Shown: positions 1-9,032 of the stretch, in pieces | How positions within the stretch are numbered: the stretch's first letter is position 1 | How the letters are laid out: the number at the start of each line of letters is the position of its first letter | NCBI GenBank assembly: GCA_013334825.1 | Contig: JAAXWR010000001.1 | Coordinates: 340,731-404,730, forward strand | Direction of reading: 5' to 3' | From: Candidatus Yonathbacteria bacterium | GTDB lineage: Bacteria > Patescibacteriota > Minisyncoccia > Phycocordibacterales > JACNGX01 | Length of the DNA stretch: 64,000 bases | Notes under the pieces: generated by a model | What the model was told of the DNA's origin: nothing | Seen by the model: only the letters and a program-made list of their open reading frames with translations | Databases searched by the model: none | Made by a program: the position numbers and the translations under genes

Positions 1-901
1 GTAATATCATCACGTACTATTGTTTTTTCAGGGCCGTCCCACCATTTCATGGTGTATATGTGTATATCATCAGTCTTTGTAAGCCGTTTTGTTAATTCAT
101 AGAGTCGACGTTCTTTTCCACCATTATGAAATGGCATGACAGCATCAGAGACAAATGCAATTTTTTTTCGTTGGGACGATTGTTTTTGTGGTTGTGGTTT
201 CCAAAATATATTTTTCATCCACATGCCAAGGATACGAAAGCCGTCTTTTATCGGATGGAGACTCGACTCCCCTGCTCTTTTGTGATAACTGATGGGCACG
301 GAATAGATTTCTTCGCCGAGACGTGCCATTTTTGTTGCCATTTCCATTTCAATGGCAAATCCTTTTGATTGAAGATGTGGTGCAAGACGTTCAATTGCAT
401 CTCTATTCCATGCAAAATATCCAGTCAATGTATCGGTAATCTTCACACCAAATCCATATCGGACAAGACGCGAAAAAATATGATTTCCGAGCATATTGAA
501 ATGGGTTATTGATTCTGGGTTGAGACGTCCCATGACACGAGAGCCGACAATCACTGTTCCAAAGCCATCTATCAGCGGATCAATGAGGCGAAACATTTCT
601 CTCAAATCGTAGCTACCGTCTCCGTCAAGCATAACAATATGGTCATAAGGAGTTTCTGCTTCAAGGACATGGGTAAATGCAGTACGTATTGCGTATCCTT
701 TGCCTTGTCTACCCTCGTGTATGACAAAAGCGCCATGTTGTTTGGCAACTTGTTGTGTTCCGTCTGTTGAATTGTTGTCAATGACAATAATATTGACTTC
801 GCAATTACGGCGAATAACTTCTTCTGTAGGAAGTGCGGTAATAACGGTTCCGATACCATGTTCTTCATTGAATGAAGGTATAATGACCGCTATACGACGC
901 A
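1..901 (-). CDS. Family 2 glycosyltransferase (DPM1-like); the C-terminal end runs off the window
   Basis: I translated the minus strand from the ATG at 899-901. It gives MRRIAVIIPSFNEEHGIG...IVIDNNSTDGT...MLDGDGS, which are typical GT2 motifs. The frame stays open through position 1. Confidence 0.8.
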
Positions 902-940
902 TAGGAGAGAGATGGTCCATATGGGTTAAGTAAACATGAC

Positions 941-1486
941 TTATTGTTCGGAAAGATAAAAATGAATATGACGTTCTTCAGGTGTTCCTTCATGTGTTGT
1001 TATATTGATGCGCTCCGCTGAGTCTCTGTCAATGAGTGTATATTCTTGGACGAGAGTTTTTTTCTGACCTTGTTCTATAGTGAGTTCTCCTTGCGTCAAT
1101 ATACCGTAGAGTGTATCGCCTGATGTCGCAGTGATACTATAGGGATATGTTGTTGTCGTGTTCTCATGATTTTCAACAGTGAAAGAAAATGAAATGTTTT
1201 TTTGTGAAGGAGAGACTCTCTGTATTTGTGGCATTTCTTCAAAATAGAGCGCGGTAAACGTTTCTTCTTGAGGGATAAGAAGTAATGAATCCGCAAGAGT
1301 ATAGAGATTATGCCTAAAGAAAAATGATAGACACAAGATTACCATACCACATATAAATAAAAGGTATCGTCGAGGGTATGTTTGTATATGTTCAAAAACA
1401 GTTGTGCGATTGAATTTATATCTATTGAGATGAGGCATATGCATAGCACAGAGTATGGTTTCTGAGAAGGTGTCTCCAAGAACCAT
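941..1486 (-). CDS. Hypothetical membrane-anchored protein
   Basis: ORF track. A hydrophobic segment LLFICGMVILCLSFFF is present. It sits immediately upstream of the GT2 gene on the same strand. Confidence 0.45.
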   Translation of the reverse strand: MVLGDTFSETILCAMHMPHLNRYKFNRTTVFEHIQTYPRRYLLFICGMVILCLSFFFRHNLYTLADSLLLIPQEETFTALYFEEMPQIQRVSPSQKNISFSFTVENHENTTTTYPYSITATSGDTLYGILTQGELTIEQGQKKTLVQEYTLIDRDSAERINITTHEGTPEERHIHFYLSEQ

Positions 1487-1902
1487 GTGCGGAGGTGTTC
1501 CGCAGTAATCTTACAAGATATACTAATTCTTATGTATCTTTTTGTCAAGATGGCACATTGACAGACTATATGTTCTTGTGGGAAATAAAAAAACGCGAAA
1601 ACGAAGAGATAACGACCTTCCATCACAGATGATAACGGGTTTCGCCTATCAAAGGGATGAAATGGTATACAGCAAATCGTCAGTTTCGGTACGTGTGTAT
1701 CGATACGTCAGACCGTGCAGAATGGTTTCCGCAGCTGGTGTTGTCTCTTTCGTTTCGCGTTATTACTATTTGTATATTCGCACATGTTGTAGAGGATTTC
1801 AAGTAATGCGTACGATTTTCTTAAAGATATTGACAATCGGTTTTATAAAAGGTATGCTATTTCTTAGTAAAGTAACGTATCACACATATAAAAAAGAATA
1901 CG

Positions 1903-2424
1903 ATGAAAGAAAAAACATTAGTGTTTGTGCTCGGCAAACAGGCTTACCCCGATAGATCTCTCAGTGAAGAGTATGTCTCTTCAATCAACATGGGAGTTGG
2001 TATACTGGCTGCGGATCAAGGGGCAGTGATGCTTATCTCAGGCGGACATACACGCGCCAATATGCCGAGCGAAGCAGAACTTGCTCTGCACTATGTACCC
2101 AAAGAGTTCCATGGAAGAGTGTTTCTTGAAAAGGAATCACGTTCGACCATGGAAAACATGGTCTTTTCAAAAAAACTTATGGGCACGAGAGAATTTGAAA
2201 GGGTCATACTCGTGACTTCGATGGCGCATACGCCGCGTTCACGAATGTTGATGAAAAAGTTTTGGTCTGAAGCATACACTGTATGTGAATGGTCACTTGC
2301 AAGACGTTCATCTTGGAAAGGATGGGCACTTGAAATCTTTGTCCTCATCCCACTTCTGGGCATTCTTGACCCTCGTGAGCGCTGGGTCGTGAAGTGGATG
2401 AAAAAACTGGTGCGAAATGGTTGA
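1903..2424 (+). CDS. DUF218 (ElyC/SanA/YdcF-like) protein
   Basis: Fold pattern ISGG...EA..., length about 170 aa. A terminator follows at 2427-2454. Confidence 0.55.
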   Translation: MKEKTLVFVLGKQAYPDRSLSEEYVSSINMGVGILAADQGAVMLISGGHTRANMPSEAELALHYVPKEFHGRVFLEKESRSTMENMVFSKKLMGTREFERVILVTSMAHTPRSRMLMKKFWSEAYTVCEWSLARRSSWKGWALEIFVLIPLLGILDPRERWVVKWMKKLVRNG

Positions 2425-2426
2425 TA

Positions 2427-2454
2427 TCTGGGGCATTTTGCCCCAGATTTTTTT
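2427..2454 (+). terminator. Rho-independent terminator
   Basis: The sequence tctggggc-attt-tgccccaga is followed by T7. Confidence 0.75.
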
Positions 2455-2475
2455 ATGAAAACTTAATCCTTTTAT

Positions 2476-2503
2476 ACAAAAAATCCCGTCAAAAAACAGG
2501 ATT
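2476..2503 (-). terminator. Rho-independent terminator for the 2507..3025 gene
   Basis: On the minus strand aatcctg-ttttttga-cgggatt is followed by tttt. Confidence 0.55.
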
Positions 2504-2506
2504 GTA

Positions 2507-3025
2507 TTAGTTGAGTGGTATGATGCCAATTCTTTCTATGCCGTAAAACACTGCTGTCCATATATACGGATATAGCTGACCGCAATGTCCTATGGTATTG
2601 GGTACATACCAGTGTGATACACCCAAGAAAAGGGACGTATCTTTTTCGCAAGGAATGACACTGTGCCCGAATGTTTTTTCGTCGTATACAAACTTTTCGG
2701 TAGGTCGCATGTAGGGACAATCATGGTCTTCTTCGCGCATGAGAGAAAAATCAAAACCTGTCAGACGATCAATCAGTGAGTACAGATGGTCTGGCGCGGT
2801 ATGCGCGAAAGAAAATTGTACGGCTTGAAAATGCTCAATTGTACAATATTCATGAAATACCCCAAGCGTGAACTCAAAGGTGAGGTGCAGTCCGTCCCGC
2901 AATTCACCACATGAGAAACGTTCCATATCCTCACGGATACGTTCAAAGATCCGCGTCATTTCCGGAGTAACTATCATAATAGTGTATGTATTTAGTTGAA
3001 GAACATTGTCCCCTATCATACGCAT
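2507..3025 (-). CDS. Hypothetical protein
   Basis: ORF track. The listed start is a TTG. The first ATG codons are at 3025, 3019 and 2977, so the true start is uncertain. Confidence 0.45.
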   Translation of the reverse strand: MRMIGDNVLQLNTYTIMIVTPEMTRIFERIREDMERFSCGELRDGLHLTFEFTLGVFHEYCTIEHFQAVQFSFAHTAPDHLYSLIDRLTGFDFSLMREEDHDCPYMRPTEKFVYDEKTFGHSVIPCEKDTSLFLGVSHWYVPNTIGHCGQLYPYIWTAVFYGIERIGIIPLN

Positions 3026-3141
3026 ATCGTTTTTGGTGTCAAATGTATTTGAATTTATGCAATGTGTTTTTCTTTTTTCTATTTGCAAATACAGTGCATC
3101 GTATAAAAACAAAAAGACGGGAATAATTCCCGCCTTGACGA

Positions 3142-4044
3142 TTACTTTGCTTTTTTCGTCTTTTGCTCCTCAATGTCAGGAGCGCTTACCTTCTGCAGAG
3201 ATGTTTCCTGCGCAAGTTTCTCCCGCACAGCCTGGTTGAGATCGTTCTTGAGATTGATCTCACTGTCCAAGGGGTCAAGAGCGACAATCAGGTAAAAATC
3301 GCTCATTGATGCTGTCGTGATTGATCCACCTTTTGTCTGTGAGAGATTGGGGGCGAGACCGGCTGCCATTCCGATAGGGGGATTGATTCCCGTCAAAATG
3401 GTGTTCATTACTGTAGAAGCGGTAATGCCTTCAGCAATGCCCTTGTTTCCCATCGCGAATCCCGTCGCATCCTTTACGGAGCATGCGGAGAGTTTCAAAC
3501 CACGTAACTCAGTGCGGTCGCAAGCGATGTAGTTCAAGAGATCAACACGTATCGTTCCTGCGTCCACACGGCTACCCTTTGAGGGTTTGCCGTTAAAAAG
3601 AATGGAACTGACGATTTTTCCATGAACCGGATTTCCGGATTTATTCATGGATAAGGTCGTCTGTTTGCCACGCTTTTCTTTGGGGAACATGGCTTCAATC
3701 TGTTCCGCCGAATACGTGTTATACGTAATCTGCGTCAGCCCGCTTTTTCCTGTGGCGTTGTCGTGCTCTGACGGCATGAATTCGTCATGCGCCTCGACGA
3801 GCCGTGAACCGATTTTTGTGGCGAATGTACTTTTTTCACCGGTTGAAAAGAGACCAGGGACATCGGGAGATGATACGACAGGCATCATCGGGGTTATCTG
3901 CCCATTGGGGAAGACAAGACCGACAACAGCATTTGCCGAGGAAGCGGCCTCGGTACTTGCTGTCATGTCACCTGCGTGTACTGCGGAGGATCCAAAACAG
4001 AGGATAACTCCAGCGACAAAGGACGTAAAGATATTTTTTTTCAT
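3142..4044 (-). CDS. Secreted hypothetical protein
   Basis: Signal peptide MKKNIFTSFVAGVILCFGSSAVHA. GC content is elevated relative to the surroundings. Confidence 0.6.
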   Translation of the reverse strand: MKKNIFTSFVAGVILCFGSSAVHAGDMTASTEAASSANAVVGLVFPNGQITPMMPVVSSPDVPGLFSTGEKSTFATKIGSRLVEAHDEFMPSEHDNATGKSGLTQITYNTYSAEQIEAMFPKEKRGKQTTLSMNKSGNPVHGKIVSSILFNGKPSKGSRVDAGTIRVDLLNYIACDRTELRGLKLSACSVKDATGFAMGNKGIAEGITASTVMNTILTGINPPIGMAAGLAPNLSQTKGGSITTASMSDFYLIVALDPLDSEINLKNDLNQAVREKLAQETSLQKVSAPDIEEQKTKKAK

Positions 4045-4124
4045 CGTTTTTGATTTGATTTTTGTTCTATAAAAAACGAAGACCGGAGAAATCCGGTCTT
4101 CTTAAAACAACAATGGACCAGATG

Positions 4125-4538
4125 TCAGTTGCCGAGTTCGCCGATATCGTCGAGGATGTCGTCCAGGTTGGACGATAGTGCGGCAACAATGATACCACCG
4201 CCGAACGATGCTCCCGCAGCTTTGTAGTCGCTTACGAAGGCATTTCCGAGTGCCGAAGTGCAGATATCGACGGAAACAGGTGTTACATCCACCCGTCCGT
4301 GAACGCAATTGTTTGCCCCTGCGGAGACCATGTTGATGTTGGTCCCCATGGTACCGATGGCACCTTCAATACCCACACTTGACAGACCCATGATGCCGGT
4401 ATCAATCGAGACATGGGGTGTCGGCTGCGGGCATGACGGGCCGCTGTTACCACCTGCATATGCCGGTGCGTTAAAACTGACACCGAAGACGATTGCAAGG
4501 CCAACGATGGCCGATCTGAGAAAGGTTTTTTTCTGCAT
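4125..4538 (-). CDS. Small secreted Gly-rich hypothetical protein
   Basis: Signal peptide MQKKTFLRSAIVGLAIVFGVSFNAPAYA, then Gly/Ser-rich mature region with an acidic C-terminal tail. GC-rich. Confidence 0.55.
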   Translation of the reverse strand: MQKKTFLRSAIVGLAIVFGVSFNAPAYAGGNSGPSCPQPTPHVSIDTGIMGLSSVGIEGAIGTMGTNINMVSAGANNCVHGRVDVTPVSVDICTSALGNAFVSDYKAAGASFGGGIIVAALSSNLDDILDDIGELGN

Positions 4539-4698
4539 TGGTTTGGTTTTTTATATTTTAGTCAAAAAACAAGAGTATTTCACCATGAAACACCCTACTT
4601 GACTAGGAAACACTTTAGCAGATATAAATATGTTGTCAAGCATTTGAAAAGACTAAAAACATTCATCATATATATATCTTGTTTTGTCAAATTTTATA

Positions 4699-4727
4699 TA
4701 AAAAAGAAACCCCGCCGAAGCGGGGTT
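4699..4727 (-). terminator. Rho-independent terminator
   Basis: On the minus strand aaccccgc-ttcg-gcggggtt is followed by a T-tract. Confidence 0.7.
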
Positions 4728-4737
4728 GAGGACGGTG

Positions 4738-4901
4738 CTATGAATGATACCGTCCATGTTTCTTTTCCGCGCTTTCTTTTGCGCGGATGATCAAAAATGA
4801 TATAACCCCGACCATAATGGCCGAGATTATCATCGTGAGAGTGCCCTGCGATGATGCTGCCCATGCAGAGAGTGCCCCTGCAAGGCAGGAAACAAAAAAC
4901 T
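4738..4901 (-). CDS. Possible small membrane protein (54 aa)
   Basis: I translated it by hand as MKKQFFVSCLAGALSAWAASSQGTLTMIISAIMVGVISFLII..., which is hydrophobic. The terminator lies immediately downstream. It is shorter than the ORF-track cutoff. Confidence 0.3.
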
Positions 4902-5016
4902 GTTTTTTCATTTTCCCCTTTTTTCTTTTTGATGACTACACCGTATACACAGTAGCATATATTTATATTCATGTCAATCTCTTCTTTTACTATATTTACT
5001 ATACTAGTATAGAAAC

Positions 5017-5041
5017 AAATAAAAAACGCCTCTGAAAGGCG
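5017..5041 (-). terminator. Rho-independent terminator
   Basis: cgcct-ctgaa-aggcg with a T-tract on the minus strand. Confidence 0.6.
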
Positions 5042-5233
5042 TTAAATGATTTGACCAAGATGTTTATCCTCAGGAAGTGTTATTTCTGGAGAAGTCTGTA
5101 ACACGTATCCTTCGGAAAATTGATACCCACAATAAAATCCTAATAAAAAGATGCATATGAGTATAATGAATATAATCAGAAGCATCTTCCAGCCAGACCA
5201 TCTCAACGAATGGTTAAATTCGTATAACGACAT
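5042..5233 (-). CDS. Small membrane protein
   Basis: Hydrophobic core LLIIFIILICIFLLGFYCGY. The terminator abuts the stop codon. Confidence 0.4.
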   Translation of the reverse strand: MSLYEFNHSLRWSGWKMLLIIFIILICIFLLGFYCGYQFSEGYVLQTSPEITLPEDKHLGQII

Positions 5234-5395
5234 ATGGTACTCCCTTTTTTTTGATACAGAAAACTCTCTTTATGTATCGTATCTGTTCTCGGACGAATGT
5301 CAATCGCACAGTATATACAGTGAGTGTCCTTGCGAATAGTGCTCTATGCGCATAGTATTATATAAGATTCGTACACTCTAACAAACGGAGACGTT

Positions 5396-5950
5396 ATGAC
5401 ACAAAAAGAACAAAAAAATGTCGTCCTTTATACATATAGAAACGCGGTGGGAACGATGGGAGCGGTGTTTGCGTATATATGGAAATTAGAAACATCTTCT
5501 TTTCAAGAGGGTGACACATCACAAAAAGATGCTACAAAAAGTATAGATGATATGTTCCTCTCTCCTATTGCGCAAACAACAATCCGCGCGATATGGAATA
5601 CGGGAGCGTTTGTGTCACTTTATCCGCTGGGTGGGCGTGAGGCTTTTTGTGTTGATATACGCGCAGTGGAAGGATTGCTCTGTGCGGTACGCGAAGCAAC
5701 GGGCGCGGATGTTCGTAAGGCGGGACTTGAAGCACTTGCTTTTAATCCTGAACGAAAAACGATACAAGAAACGAATTCCCAAAAGACATCTCTGAACAAC
5801 ATGTTTCGGGAGTCTGTCGCTGTAGAGGGAACGCCATTTGTTATCACTGTGGAAGTGCGTCTTGCAAGTACTCATAGGAAGGGGTACATTGCGCGTGTGT
5901 TTGTAGAAAGAAAAAGACGATTACTCGCGGATGGTTTTCATTATGGGTGA
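5396..5950 (+). CDS. Hypothetical protein
   Basis: ORF of 184 aa with aacggaga upstream of the ATG. A terminator follows at 5962-5985. Confidence 0.5.
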   Translation: MTQKEQKNVVLYTYRNAVGTMGAVFAYIWKLETSSFQEGDTSQKDATKSIDDMFLSPIAQTTIRAIWNTGAFVSLYPLGGREAFCVDIRAVEGLLCAVREATGADVRKAGLEALAFNPERKTIQETNSQKTSLNNMFRESVAVEGTPFVITVEVRLASTHRKGYIARVFVERKRRLLADGFHYG

Positions 5951-5961
5951 TGAAGTATAAC

Positions 5962-5985
5962 AAGCGACCGCGTGGTCGCTTTTTT
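5962..5985 (+). terminator. Rho-independent terminator
   Basis: agcgacc-gcgt-ggtcgct followed by tttttg. Confidence 0.75.
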
Positions 5986-6057
5986 GACTGTATATAATGT
6001 ATATGGTATAAACCATTCTAGTGATCTTTCAACTATTACATAAAAAGTTATACGCTC

Positions 6058-6570
6058 ATGATAAAAAAGCTGATTTCTGGATGGACAGATTTCTGGATGG
6101 CAGTTTCGGATATTTCGGAGCTTGCGTCTGGAAAAGACTGTCAAGGAACACGGGGCGGACGCTGTCAGTGCGGATTTGCTCATGGGAGATATTTCCCCGC
6201 ATTTCCCACTTGTTTAAGTGTCCAACCTCTCTTTGAGGATTTGTCTCATGATGAAAGACGCATGCATATGTTTTTTGTTTTAGAGAAAACATTTAAAGGG
6301 CTTCACCCAGACTATATTCGCGCACGTCCATCGCCAACTATTGAACAGTTTGTCTATTATGGTGTGCGTAATCATGGTGATATCATTGCCGCGTCGTGGA
6401 TACCTGTTGTAAAAAATAGATATGAACACGTGGCACTGTACACCGATATACGAGAATCGCTTTCTCTCCCCTGCGCGTACAGTATCTCCATCGGTGTTGT
6501 CTGTCGGCCGTTTATCGAGCGATGTTTGCATCAGTCGCGGACGACCTTCGCGAAGAACGAGAGGTGCTGA
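6058..6570 (+). CDS. Hypothetical protein
   Basis: ORF track only. The start is uncertain. Confidence 0.35.
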   Translation: MIKKLISGWTDFWMAVSDISELASGKDCQGTRGGRCQCGFAHGRYFPAFPTCLSVQPLFEDLSHDERRMHMFFVLEKTFKGLHPDYIRARPSPTIEQFVYYGVRNHGDIIAASWIPVVKNRYEHVALYTDIRESLSLPCAYSISIGVVCRPFIERCLHQSRTTFAKNERC

Positions 6571-6575
6571 TTTGA

Positions 6576-7049
6576 ATGCCTATATCCTCAGATAGTGTGT
6601 CTGAGGATTTTTTTATGTGCACATATATTCCCCATAAAAAACTCTTGACTCATATGCGTCTATGCCGTATGCTTTGCATTCGGTGTACATTTTTCATAAT
6701 TACAAAAAATCGTAGTATGATCCAATTATTTCCCGTGAATCTTGGCGTCTTTTTTAAAGGCACAAAAACAAATATTAAGATTGGCACTGTCTCTGGGTGT
6801 AACCCAGGTGCCGTTGTAAACGATTTTGGAGAAAAAAAACATCTCGGGTTAGTGCCCGGGAAAGGAAAAATCATTGAGCATGGGCACGGGATTATATCTT
6901 TCCCACTAGCCCATAAAAAACACGGGCTCTTCCTTGTTATGCAAAGACAAGGAAGTGGAATGGGTCTGTTCTTATACAAAGAATCCGACCCGCTTTTTAC
7001 AGAGGCAAGGAAGAAGCTTCCCAAAATGTCTCTTGCGGGAGTAGGGTAA
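6576..7049 (+). CDS. Hypothetical protein
   Basis: ORF track. The first ATG is probably the MIQLFPVNLG Met near 6717. A terminator follows. Confidence 0.4.
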   Translation: MPISSDSVSEDFFMCTYIPHKKLLTHMRLCRMLCIRCTFFIITKNRSMIQLFPVNLGVFFKGTKTNIKIGTVSGCNPGAVVNDFGEKKHLGLVPGKGKIIEHGHGIISFPLAHKKHGLFLVMQRQGSGMGLFLYKESDPLFTEARKKLPKMSLAGVG

Positions 7050-7076
7050 CCCCTCTCCTCAAGTTATATAATATTT

Positions 7077-7100
7077 GCGCCCCCTACAGGGCGCTTTTTG
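7077..7100 (+). terminator. Rho-independent terminator
   Basis: gcgccc-cctaca-gggcgc followed by tttttg. Confidence 0.75.
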
Positions 7101-7146
7101 TTGGATAAAATTTTTTGAAATGTCGGTATGAAAATGTAGTGAGATA

Positions 7147-7174
7147 TTGACAAAAGATAATAAATGTGTAAAAT
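7147..7174 (+). promoter_or_regulatory. Sigma70-like promoter
   Basis: TTGACA, a 16-nt spacer, then TAAAAT. Confidence 0.5.
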
Positions 7175-7211
7175 TATATATGGATTTTTGAAAAAATTAA
7201 AAAAACACACC

Positions 7212-7463
7212 ATGCTGAAAAAACTTTTTCATTTGGTTCTCATTCTCGTTGCCCTGTGTGCAGGGCTTTACGGGATTGCTTTTTTCCTCCTCCCCTTTTT
7301 GGGGCAACCGGGGGGAATGATTGAAATCGGGGTATTTAACCCCGACGGCACCATTGACCTCACTCCTCAGGGATACTGGGGTCTGGGAAAGACCCTCGGT
7401 ATCCTCCTTGGGGGATATGTGGGGTTCAGATATTTTCTCAGGGAGGTAGCCACTTCTCTTTGA
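7212..7463 (+). CDS. Small membrane protein
   Basis: MLKKLFHLVLILVALCAGLYGIAFFLL..., hydrophobic. The ORF-track start at 7164 would overlap the promoter, so the start at 7212 is preferred. Confidence 0.45.
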   Translation: MLKKLFHLVLILVALCAGLYGIAFFLLPFLGQPGGMIEIGVFNPDGTIDLTPQGYWGLGKTLGILLGGYVGFRYFLREVATSL

Positions 7464-7496
7464 AATGTATCGGAGATGTTAGGAGATTGTGAAAAG

Positions 7497-7524
7497 GCGG
7501 GACGCAAGTCCCGCCTTCTTTTTA
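7497..7524 (+). terminator. Rho-independent terminator
   Basis: ggcgggac-gcaa-gtcccgcc followed by ttcttttt. Confidence 0.8.
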
Positions 7525-7563
7525 TAATGAGAAAAATATTATACCCTATTCTTTTAAGGAGAA

Positions 7564-7680
7564 GGCCTTTGACCTCCGCATTGTCCCGATGAATTGTGGT
7601 GGACCCTACCGGATTTGAATCCCGAGCTTCGTGGAAGCCCGAGGACAGGCCTTTGACCTCCGCATTGTCCCGATGAATTG
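7564..7680 (-). repeat. Tandem duplicated 3'-half fragments of tRNA-Ala(TGC)
   Basis: Reading the minus strand after the tRNA CCA end: CAATTCATCGGGAC + AATGCGGAGGTCA + a 34-nt insert + TTCAAATCCGGTAGGGTCCACCA. Then CAATTCATCGGGAC+AATGCGGAGGTCAAAGGCC occurs again. This is a direct read of the sequence. Confidence 0.85.
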
Positions 7681-7756
7681 TGGTGGACCCTACCGGATTT
7701 GAACCGGTGACCTCCGCATTGCAAATGCGGCGCTCTACCAACTAAGCTAAGGGCCC
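7681..7756 (-). tRNA. tRNA-Ala(TGC)
   Basis: GGGCCCTTAGCTTAGTTGGTAGAGCGCCGCATTTGCAATGCGGAGGTCACCGGTTCAAATCCGGTAGGGTCCACCA. G3:U70 pair, anticodon loop TTTGCAA, CCA encoded. Confidence 0.95.
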
Positions 7757-8026
7757 ACCACAATTCACCGAGGATTCTCGATTTCTTTTTGCTAAATACT
7801 CCTCAATCTTACTTCTACTCTTCCAAGATTTCAAGAGGCGCTCTTTTTTTATCGCCTCAGATCTCGTAGGTGATATTTCGTATGTTTCCAATATCCAGGG
7901 TTTGTATGCTTTGGTCGATGTTACCAAACCATCATTGTGTCGTTTCAATCGAATATCCATATTGAGACAACTTCCGATATAGTATCTATTATTTTTTAAC
8001 GAACGAAGAATGTATGTATAATACAT
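7742..8026 (-). CDS. GIY-YIG nuclease family protein (YhbQ/UPF0213-like)
   Basis: MYYTYILRSLKNNRYYIGSCLNMDIRLKRHN...KPWILETYE...EAIKKERLLKSW matches the YxYxL...YIG...R..H...E GIY-YIG pattern. The last about 5 codons overlap the 5' end of tRNA-Ala on the same strand. The ORF-track start at 8047 is a TTG extension. Confidence 0.75.
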   Translation of the reverse strand: MYYTYILRSLKNNRYYIGSCLNMDIRLKRHNDGLVTSTKAYKPWILETYEISPTRSEAIKKERLLKSWKSRSKIEEYLAKRNRESSVNCGGPLA

Positions 8027-8044
8027 AGCAAAAAGAAATCGGAA

Positions 8045-8110
8045 CAAATGCGGCGCTCTTTGCCTTGCCGAAGCTTAAGCGAAGGCAGGTACCAACTAAG
8101 CTAAGGACCC
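8045..8110 (-). pseudogene. Degenerate 5' fragment of a tRNA-Ala gene with a 31-nt hairpin insertion
   Basis: GGGTCCTTAGCTTAGTTGGTA-[CCTGCCTTCGCTTAAGCTTCGGCAAGGCAAA]-GAGCGCCGCATTTG matches tRNA-Ala positions 1-35 except for the insertion. It breaks in the anticodon loop. Confidence 0.7.
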
Positions 8111-8250
8111 TTGAGAACATCAAGATACTATCTCGATGCCTTCAAGCATAGCATTCTCTGGCGATAGAGACAATACTTATGACTTATCTCCCGTATGAAA
8201 ATTAAATGTATTCCCCACTTGCTTCAGCCAAACAGAGAATGAGTATATAT

Positions 8251-8279
8251 AAAAAAATCCGCCCCTTGGGGGGCGGGAT
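8251..8279 (-). terminator. Rho-independent terminator
   Basis: atccgcccc-ttgg-ggggcggat with a T-tract on the minus strand. Confidence 0.75.
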
Positions 8280-8284
8280 AGATA

Positions 8285-8809
8285 TCAACCAGCAATAACA
8301 GGATTTTTTCTTCCTTTTTTCTTTTCAGGAAGAAACACCTGATACCGCACATTAGCGGTACCCGCTTTTACAATCCCGAGGCGTTTTGCTGCCTCAAGTG
8401 AAAGATCGAACTTCCTGTCGCCCACATAGGGACCACGGTCGTTGATCCTTACCCAAACGGATTTTCCGTTTATGGGGTTATACACGTAGACCCGTGTATT
8501 GAAGGGTAATTTTTTGTTCGCCGCGGTGAGCGCGTTCATGTTGAAACGCTCGCCGTTGGCAGTTTTTCTGCCATGGAATTTATCTGCATAATAAGAGACC
8601 TTTGCTGTACCAGCAGCATCAGGTTTCTTTTCTTTTGCAATGAGTACCGACGTATCCGCCGGCGTTGGTTTTTCATCCGCCATGGCAGTTTCTGTGAGTG
8701 CCGATGGGGAGATTTGTTTATTCTTCACTACCGAAGCGCCCGAATTGTCGGGTGCAAACTTTAGGATAAGGGCAATGAAGACCAAACAAACAAGAACTGT
8801 ATGTTTCAT
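8285..8809 (-). CDS. rlpA: RlpA-like septal ring lytic transglycosylase (double-psi beta-barrel)
   Basis: VSYYADKFHGRKTANGERF...NTRVYVYNPINGKSVWVRINDRGPYVGDRKFDLSLEAAKRLG is the classic RlpA DPBB signature. It has an N-terminal signal/anchor. Confidence 0.85.
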   Translation of the reverse strand: MKHTVLVCLVFIALILKFAPDNSGASVVKNKQISPSALTETAMADEKPTPADTSVLIAKEKKPDAAGTAKVSYYADKFHGRKTANGERFNMNALTAANKKLPFNTRVYVYNPINGKSVWVRINDRGPYVGDRKFDLSLEAAKRLGIVKAGTANVRYQVFLPEKKKGRKNPVIAG

Positions 8810-8866
8810 GATACGAGTGTTTTATTCAAAAAATTAAATTGTTGTAGGAACTATTTTTCTTTTCCT

Positions 8867-8894
8867 ATTATATACTACGCACAACATATGTCAA
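8867..8894 (-). promoter_or_regulatory. Consensus sigma70 promoter for rlpA
   Basis: On the minus strand TTGACA, a 16-nt spacer, then TATAAT. Confidence 0.65.
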
Positions 8895-9005
8895 ATATTT
8901 CATCGATACCCATAGAGGGTATGCTCAGATGTTGTCATATAAGGGTTTTTTCGGATAATGAGGTGTTTTTTGAGATGTCTTTATGCTTTTATTATCCCCT
9001 TTTCA

Positions 9006-9032
9006 ACAAAAAAGCCCGTTAGGAACGGGCTT
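9006..9032 (-). terminator. Rho-independent terminator
   Basis: aagcccgtt-ccta-acgggctt followed by tttttt on the minus strand. The stop codon of the 9019 gene lies in the hairpin. Confidence 0.75.

Noticed and set aside
7367-7763. ORFs 7367..7741 and 7554..7763 (minus strand) with internally repeated peptides
   Set aside because: They are translations of the tRNA-Ala gene and its tandem 3'-half repeats, not protein-coding sequence.
7681-8110. Possibility that the 5' tRNA fragment, GIY-YIG ORF and tRNA form one tRNA gene with a group I intron encoding a homing endonuclease
   Set aside because: A complete tRNA-Ala including its own 5' half lies downstream. The upstream fragment has a D-arm insertion and no matching 3' exon. 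A duplication or scar explains the sequence better.
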